From Podarcis filfolensis (Eukaryota): a stretch of DNA of 64,000 nucleotides. The stretch lies in NCBI GenBank assembly GCA_964270895.1, contig OZ185437.1. One strand, 5' to 3'. Both the position numbers and the translations under genes were made by a program. Positions 56,152-64,000 of the stretch are shown piece after piece (the first letter of the stretch is position 1; the number at the start of each line of letters is the position of its first letter). Below the pieces are notes generated by a model that made no database searches, was not told the DNA's origin, and worked only from the letters and a program-made list of their open reading frames with translations.

Positions 56152-58655
56152 TATTCCAGGTCTGTGCAGCCCTTCTCTGCCCCTGGAATGTTTTGTTTGG
56201 GAGTTTTCCATGGGTTACTCCTGGTAGGAATCCTGCTGCCAGTAATTTTGCCAGGCAGAATGAAGAGCTCTGCACCGGAGGAGAGATGCCAGCATCAGTC
56301 CATGCACAGAGACTAGTGGAACTGTTTTAGGCTGTGCACAGAGAGAGACATCTGCCCCATCCAACACCTTCCTCCCCTGTATTTCAGATTGTGGGGTTTA
56401 GATTGCAGCCTTATTTTCTAAGGCATGTTCAGAATTGTAGATTAAATCTGAAGCTTTTAAGAGGACACTGTACCCAGGGATTAGGCTACAAAATGGCACA
56501 AAGCAGATTTATTTAAAGTAATAATACACTGTTAAAATATATTTTGAAATATGAAGCACCTGTTAAATGCAATGTGCATATTGGTGCAAGATATTCAGAC
56601 TGAAAGAGCTTAAGGTATTCAGTTCAGGTCTCTAGCAATGCAGAAGTAATTAAATGCACATATATCACTTTACGAACACATACCGGGAAAATTGTCAATA
56701 TACAACTTTCAACATCCATTGGTAAAATGCAGCCCCAGCAGTGAACATCACCTTAATGAAAATCTGTGAAATACACAACTGTACAGTGCTCGGCAATAGA
56801 TAACAAATTGGAAATAAGGGAAATATTATGGAGACACAAAAATGGAACATTGTATTTAATTTATGCTTTATATTTCAAAGGGTATTTTAATAATATGTTG
56901 TAACTTTTAATAAGCCTCTTCTGTGCAATTTTGTGCTCTAACTTTTGAGTGTAGCATAGAACTTTTTCTTAGAATTTATTACCCTTCCTTTTTGTATGTG
57001 AGGGTCTTGTACAGCCTTTAAGAGGATTGCAGTGTAGGATCATTTGAATCACGGGGGACCTTGAGCTGCACAAATATGAGGCTCCCTACCAACGATTGAT
57101 TGAGTGAGGGTTTAATAGTCATTTATGCTAAAACATCTGCAGTGGGAATAATTTTACTCAAGTGTACAATATGCTAATATGACAGCATAGGATCAAAGTA
57201 CAGTAACAATTCCTTCATTGAAACTTCCTTGGTAGCAACTGCAGGGAATGCTCTCTAAAAGGCCTTTATTGGTCCTTGGTATCTTCAGTGCTGAACAAGC
57301 AGGGTCCCATGGGCACTGGGAAATGTAGTTCTTCTGGTTGCATGAGTTTTTAATATAGATAGCAGGCAACCTAGAATTTCTTTATTGTTGTTGTTGTATA
57401 GTTGCTTCCTGCCCCCAAATGAAACTCACTCACACCATTTATAATGGATTCATGTTACACTGAAGGCATTAAAGTCAGATATACATTGAATGACTATATT
57501 GTAGAAAGGTAAAGGCACTTTATAAAGAAAAGTAATAGAGGTACAGAGATATAGAAATTTGACTGGGGGCATTACAGGTCTCTTATGAATGAAGAACAGA
57601 CAGGACATAGAACATACCTACATCAAAAAAAAAATCCAACTTATTAATATGTGTAATGTAGGACCTACTCTAGGGAAAATGTGCATAGCATTTCAGTCTG
57701 TTGTATTTCATGGAATCTACAGCAGCATTTTAGCCCCATGACAACTCTGTGAGCTAGTTCAGGCTTAGAGAGAGTGGCTTGTTCAGTGAGCAAATATCTG
57801 AATTGGGATTTGTACCTTGTTTCCCACATCCAAATATTGCATTGCCACAATAGATTACATTCCAGCTACCTCTCGATTTCTTTAGAGGCATCTACTAACT
57901 TCCCTTGACTAAGTGATTGAGAGACAAAACTTCATCCCAACACAGTGTTGGTGAGCAACTATAATGGAAGTTAATCATTAATTGTACATGGACTCAGAAA
58001 GACAATTTTAACCGGAGGAGAACGAGGGATGACACTGTTGTTCTGAATAAGGATGCCCATTAAATCCTAGATTTACCTTTTCATCTATCCATGGAATAAA
58101 TGCACTCTGAAGATCTTGCTATAAAAGTGACTTGCATACTTACCGTACTTTTCTTCTGAAGTTTTTTTTTAAAAAGACACTTTATTTGTGAGAGGCCATA
58201 TGGTGTATCTTATCTTTTTTTGCTCACTAGGTAGAACAATAAATCTATTGTGCCTGATGCATAACAATAGGAATCTGTTAGACCTTGCGGTCCTATCATT
58301 TGGTTGATGATTCAGTTTATATTTACATCCCATCCTTCTTCCCAAAGAAGCTTAGGATGGCATGCCTTTGTTGGTAATGTGCAAGAAAATGTAGAAAGTT
58401 TTTATTTTCAACTCGGCCAAGACGATGGGATGCTCTGTAGCCTGTCCCGAACATATCCTGTTCTCTCTATGAAAATATTGTGTTTCTCTACAGTTTGCCA
58501 TTCTTTTGGTGTTTCCCATTGCTTTGGAAAAACATCAGCTGCCTTACAAATCCTTCCTATTCAGACACATTTAAAAGAAGAAAAATATGCATCAAAAGCG
58601 TTCAAAAAGTAACTGAAGCGCATTGTATAAGCAAGACAGAAGTATCAAAGTATAA

Positions 58656-58820
58656 TAGAATCAAATCACAGAATCACAGAATTGTAGAGTTGTAAGGGAC
58701 CCTGAGGATCATCTAGTCCAACTCCCTGCAATGTAGGAATATGCAGCTATTCCATAGGGGTATCGAACCTGCAACCTTGGCGATATCAGCACCACACTAT
58801 AACCAACTGAGCATTGCTAG
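58656..58820 (-). mobile_element. tRNA-Ile-derived SINE with CR1 3' tail
   Basis: Minus strand GCTCAGTTGGTTATAGTGTGGTGCTGATATCGCCAAGGTTGCAGGTTCGATAC, then the CR1-type GGACTAGATGA...GATTCT repeat tail. Confidence 0.8.
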
Positions 58821-60152
58821 CTTGCTACATTTCCCACTGACTTGCAACAAATTAGACAAGATAAATACAATAAATCCATAGGTTACTCTACTGACAATAC
58901 GACTGCCGTCAGTGGAACATGGAGTGAAGTAATATTTGGCAATACACTTTATCTCATTCAGCTCCTGCCTCAAATCTGCTCCAGAGTATTGAACAAGTCA
59001 TATATGGCCATTGATCATTTATATTTATTTATTTTTCTGCCATACCAGATAATCTCCCATTGATTGAAATTGTATTTCCATTTGCTCATCATATACTAGA
59101 GATGTGATAATTTAGAGCTGGCTGAAATTTACATGAAGCTTTTTTGGTAGAATTTGTTGATAACCATAACAAGCTATAGTATTAGGAGATTGGAAATGGA
59201 ATTATTAGAGGATTCTGAATTCCAAAATCTTGTTTGAGATAGGAAGGCTATTGATATGGAAATGTTGTGTTAAGGAATGGAAACTGCCAAGCAGCATCCT
59301 TAATATTCCAGAGCACAATCCACTAAGAACTAGGATTACATATACTCAACATAATTCCCACTGGAACGGGTGGAAAATATGTGGCAACAGTCCTTATGGA
59401 GCGTACCTCTTTCCCTTGCTAGAAAGATTTGTTTTCAGAATTAGGGAATCTGACTTGAGCTGTCAGTAATGAACATAATTCACTATGGAATCTGAAACAA
59501 TGTCCATGCTAGAGAAATTGAGGCATTCCCCAGTTGTAGATGAAATAAAATATTCACCACAGAAAATATAATGAAAAGGCTGCATAATTTTACATAATCA
59601 TAGCACTAAAAATAATACAACTTGCTTAATTCACGAAGTTTTGGTATTTCTTCTACATGAACATTGCCATTTAGTTGCAAATTCTTCTTCTTTTTTTTGC
59701 AGCGTAATTTTTATTGCCTTGTCTAGGTAAATGTCTCTTGAGCCTGAAGCTGGCCAGTAGCTCACATCTCTCACTTGCAACATCTGTGCAACCAGACAGA
59801 AACAATGAGTCCTGCTAAATAATTCCCGTGGGGATAGGAGACAACCACATCAAACTTTGATTGTATGAAATATTTACCCAGCATGTTCTTTCTATAGAGG
59901 AGCAAAGAGGTTCTTGTTAAGTTAATACCCTTTGTGTGTGTGTGTGGGGGGGGGAATGATTTACTGATTTCAGAAGGCTTCCTGTACAAATGTTTGTTGA
60001 TCACACTGACAACCTTTCCAGTATGTAATGTTGACTGCCTATGTCCCTTTATCACCTTTCGCCAGACCTGGGTCCAGTAATGGAACAAGGCACTGAACAG
60101 GATAACCCCAAGGTGGGCCTCTTGTTCAGCGATGGAGGCTGCACTGGAGCCA

Positions 60153-60153
<1 letters not shown>

Positions 60154-60191
<38 letters not shown>

Positions 60192-60654
60192 GTCGTGTTC
60201 GACTCTTCGTGACCCCATGGACCAGAGCACGCCAGGCACTTCTGTCTTCCACTGCCTCCCGCAGTTTGGTCAAACTCACGCTGGTAGCTTCGAGAACACT
60301 GTCCAACCATCTCTTCCTCTGTCGTCCCCTTCTCCTTGTGATCTCAACCTCTCCCAGCATCAGGGTTTTTTCCAGGGAGTCTTCTCTTCTCTTGAGGAGG
60401 CCAAAGTATTGGAGCCTCAGCTTCAGGACCTGTCCTTCCAGTGAGCACTCAGGGCTGATTTCCTTAAGAATGAATAGGTTTGATCTTCTTGCAGTCCATG
60501 GGACTCTCAAGAGTCTCCTCCAGCACCATAATTCAAAAGCATCAATTCTTCGGTGATCAGCCTTCTTTATGGTCCAGCTCTCACTTCCATACATCACTAC
60601 TGGGAAAACCATAGCTTTTACTATATGGACCTTTGTTGGCAAGGTGATGTCTCT
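60154..60654 (-). mobile_element. 5'-truncated RTE-BovB LINE with (CAA)12 tail
   Basis: Translation PTKVHIVKAMVFPVVMYGSESWTIKKADHRRIDAFELWCWRRLLRVPWTARRSN...WRALVHGVTKSRTRL is the BovB ORF C-terminus; TSD ACT(G/T)GAGCCAT (60143-60153, 60655-60665). Confidence 0.95.
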
Positions 60655-60737
60655 ACTTGAGCCATAATGTATGCTAAAGATTGCTCTTCTTGATATTCCA
60701 TCATAATAAATTATATGGCATTATGCAATGCCATAGG

Positions 60738-60935
60738 AGGAAGGCTCCTATGTAGCTCAGTGGTAGAGCATCTGCTTGCATGCAGAAGGTCTCAGGTTCA
60801 GTCCACAGCATCTCTGGGTAGGACTGGGAGGGAACCCAGCCTGAAATCCTAGAGGGCTGCTGCTAGTCCAAATAAACTATTCTGAGCTGGATGGACCAGT
60901 GGTCTGACTCAGTAGAAGGAAGCATCCTACATGTC
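60738..60935 (+). mobile_element. tRNA-Ala-derived SINE (Squam3-like)
   Basis: TAGCTCAGTGGTAGAGCATCTGCTTGCATGCAGAAGG head; body shared with the 33017 copy. Confidence 0.8.
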
Positions 60936-62318
60936 TAGGAAAGGGCCTTCTCTGGGATGGTGCTCCATTTATGAGGTGTGTCTGGTGCCTACTTTGGGTT
61001 TTGTTTGTTTCAGTTCCAACTTAGAATATACCAATTTGTCCAGGCATATGTGAGGAGGCTAACTAAGGTCGCAGTCCTCACTTGCCTGGCAGTAAGTTGC
61101 AATGGATTCAACCGAACTTACTGCTGAATAGAAATGATGAGGATTGTACTGCTGGTTCAGTGCTGGAAGGATGGAGGCAGCTGCAGTATTAGAGGTTGTT
61201 TCAGAGTGCACTTATGGCTGTTATTTAAATTACTTTTTAATTGCTTTTGTTTGTTTGTATTGTCTTTTGTTGACATTTTGTTTTCTATAATCTGCTCTGG
61301 GATCAATACTGATGAAGAATGGGCTACAAAATTTCAAAACAAATAAAACAATTGCCTAGTATAGTTGTATTGGGTTAATTTACATACCTATAACATTTTT
61401 TAAAAAAATGGTTTATTTTCTTTCCGCGTGTGTGGACAACTGCCTAGCTATAGTCAAAGGCTCAGTCCAATATGAAAGTAACAACAGAATGAACAATTGA
61501 GCACTAAGAGCATAGTGACAACATACAAGAAATTCCTCTCCTTATTCTGTCACTCAGAGCTGACGCCACCCTCTTCAGGGCTTCTTATTTAGCCCTCCTG
61601 ATAACATCTTGTGCACTGGAGTATGGAGGTAGCCTGAGCTTTGGGGACATAAATGGGCAAAACATTGTTGTCAAGAGAAACTCCACTGGTGGGCAGTTCA
61701 AAACTCCTGACTATTCGATTGTCATTGAAATGTTTTGTTTTAAGGAGCTCCAAAGAACGCACAAGTCTGGACTTATTTCTGTAGGAGCAGAAGGGAACAA
61801 ATTTGCTTTTTCCAGCTGGCATAAATAGTCTGCTGCCATCCACCTGATTTTGCTTTCCACTCGGCTCCCTCAGTGGTTAAAATGCCAGCACAGTACATTT
61901 TCCTAATGTGTTTTGTCAAAGTAGCAATTTTCTAATAGTGTCGTATGAAAAGTAGAAAACGACACAAAATGTTTGTGTTTTCTATTGATCTTTAAAATGA
62001 CCCCGCTCCTTTTCAGCATAAGTGACTGACAATTACTTGGCAGATAACCCATGCAGACACCGACCTTGAAGAATTAGAGGAAATCTGTTCCACGGATGAA
62101 GTGTTCTTGAACAATTTCTCTGAAGGATTGCACACAAAAGTGCTTTCCTCCGGCATCATTCATGCATGCCCTCTTGTTCCACTCGCTGACTGTGGTACAA
62201 ACGTGATGCTGTAGTCAATGTAAGGAAGAAGAAGAAGAAAAATAAACAAACTACCTTACACCTCAGTTCCCACCCACATTATTTTATAGAATGCTACAGT
62301 ATAATGTACACACAAGTC

Positions 62319-62700
62319 GGATGCGGGTGGCGCTGTGCTCTAAACCACTGAGCCTCTTGGGCTTGCTGATTGGAAGGTTGGCGGTTCGAATCCCTGCGAC
62401 GGAATGAGCTCCCATTTCCCTGTTCCAGCTCCTGCCAACCTAGCAGTTTGAAAGCACACCAGTGCAAGTAGATAAATAGGCATTGCTGTGGTGGGAAGGT
62501 AAATGATGTTTCTGTGCGCTCTGGCTTCTATTACTGTGTTCCACTGTGCTAGAAGCGTTTAGTCATGCTGGCCACATGACCTGGAACGCTGTCTGCGGGC
62601 AAATGCCAGCTCCCTTGGCCTGAAAGTGAGATGAGCACTGCAACCCCATAGCTGCTTTTGACTGGACTTAACCGTCCAGGGGTCCATTACCTTTACCTTT
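62319..62700 (+). mobile_element. Sauria SINE, apparently full length
   Basis: GGATGCGGGTGGCGCTGTG head, B box GGTTCGAATCC, ACCTTT-repeat tail, TSD CACAAGT (62311-62317, 62702-62708). Confidence 0.88.
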
Positions 62701-63594
62701 CCACAAGTGCACCTGTCTTTAATTCTTATTTTGTTCAAGCTTCACGACAACACCAGAATACCAAAATTGCAGACCACGTAGCCATGCATCATGGCCTTGC
62801 AAGTGCTTGACAACCCACTTCCCCCGTGTTTGCAAAGCCAAGTTAGCATTTAGCCCCTACACAGCACAAAAGTGCTTCACGCAGATGACCTGGTGAGGAG
62901 TATTATCCTCATAACATAGGTCAAGGGCTAAGACCAAGAGGCCTGCTTGGGGTTGCCTAGTGAGCTGTGTGGCAGAAGCAAAGCTCAAAGTAGCTATTGT
63001 GTTTTTATTTTCCCTAGGTCTCTGTTGCTATGCTACACCAGCTCTCTGAAGCAGCTGGGCAACAAAGTCAGGAGTTTTATTGAGCCCTGGTGGGCTGAAT
63101 AAAATTCGGAGGCTATCTACCTGCCAGCGTAGTTGACAAGATCTTCACATCGATTCTCATCAGTGAAATGGGCAGGCTACAGGTTCAGTGCTGGGCATCT
63201 TTGCATGGTTGGGAGTAGCAGTAATGTCAGCTTCATGCAAGCTAGCAGGTCAGCAATCGGTGTGTTTCCCTCCACAACACCAACAAGCAAGGGAACAATA
63301 GACCTTTTTGCAGGTTGGGAAGGTGTACGATGACACAGAGGAGCTGCCAGAGAACCTCAGAAAATATGCCCCATTTAAAATATCTATTATTTCTTTAGCT
63401 CCTCTCTTAGCCTCTGCCTGTTTTTGCATCTCCCCAATGGTAAGAGAATTGGTAGTAACAGACCTTGGAGGCCACAAAAAGTGTCAGTATTGCAACCAGC
63501 TATTCACAGAGAAGGTGGAGAGGGGGGACAGAACATTTATTAAGTGAAATAAATGGTGGCTTGCTTGAACACTTGTGAACCTGGTCTTGATTTA

Positions 63595-63785
63595 GGCTGT
63601 GTGCACAGGATACCCTTAAAACACGTTCGAAACACATTCTTTCACACAAGGAATTCTGGCCACCTTGGTCTGTCTCTCACGGAGTTACAATTCCCAAGAA
63701 CCCTTAATAAACTACAGTACCCAGAATTCTTTGAGGGAAAGAATGTGTTCCAGATGTGCTATAAATATTTAGTGTGCATGCAGCC
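63595..63785. mobile_element. PIF/Harbinger-like fold-back MITE
   Basis: TTA|GGCTG...CAGCC|TTA (3-bp TSD); internal inverted arms. Confidence 0.72.
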
Positions 63786-63814
63786 TTACTCAGCAAACCA
63801 TAGTTGATGTAGAG

Positions 63815-64000
63815 CAGAGGTAGGGAACCTTTCTCAGCTCATGGACCAGGTTCCTTCCTCAGCAACCTTGTAGCTGGTGATGGGTGGAGCCAAAAGCAAA
63901 AGTGGTTAGAGCAACCATTTTGTTGCTTTGGCTTTTGTACAGCAGGCTTCTTTCTGCACACACTTGCACAACCCTCTCTATCCTCCATCCAGGTAAGAAA
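63815..64000. mobile_element. Probable hAT-type element running off the window end
   Basis: Starts CAGAGGTAGGGAACC (hAT-like terminus); other end not visible. Confidence 0.45.

Noticed and set aside
47800-60000. Short ORFs upstream of the gene
   Set aside because: 60-95 aa, many with non-ATG starts, composition typical of AT-rich non-coding or TE DNA, no recognisable homology.
59771-60556. Poly-Q and poly-L ORFs (179 aa, 171 aa)
   Set aside because: Alternative frames of the BovB fragment and its (CAA)n tail.
60750-60815. tRNA-Ala-like sequence (also at 33028, and tRNA-Ile-like near 58760-58812)
   Set aside because: SINE heads: broken stems, degenerate B boxes, and each continues into a SINE body; not tRNA genes.

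Overview
Vertebrate genomic DNA, most likely a squamate and probably a lacertid lizard (inferred from Sauria SINE, BovB, CR1 and L2 content). The window holds almost all of MAN1A1 (Golgi alpha-1,2-mannosidase IA, GH47) on the minus strand. I resolved 11 coding exons (46719 down to 1121, 1874 nt), all with GT-AG boundaries and consistent phases; the last coding exon lies beyond position 1. A CpG-island promoter sits at about 46.0-48.2 kb, followed by about 16 kb of upstream intergenic DNA with no recognisable protein-coding gene. The introns are rich in transposable elements: 11 Tc1/mariner-like MITEs, hAT and Harbinger MITEs with intact target-site duplications (TSDs), a solo LTR, SINEs, and L2, CR1 and BovB fragments. 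Most short ORFs in the supplied track are noise. The most notable observations are a fossil hAT(m)-like transposase reading frame in intron 2 that the ORF track only partly shows, a 60-bp near-perfect inverted repeat in intron 1, a solo LTR with a 6-bp TSD, a probable 5'UTR intron/uORF arrangement, and two candidate exons of a divergent transcript. I see no convincing evidence of an entirely new biological system.
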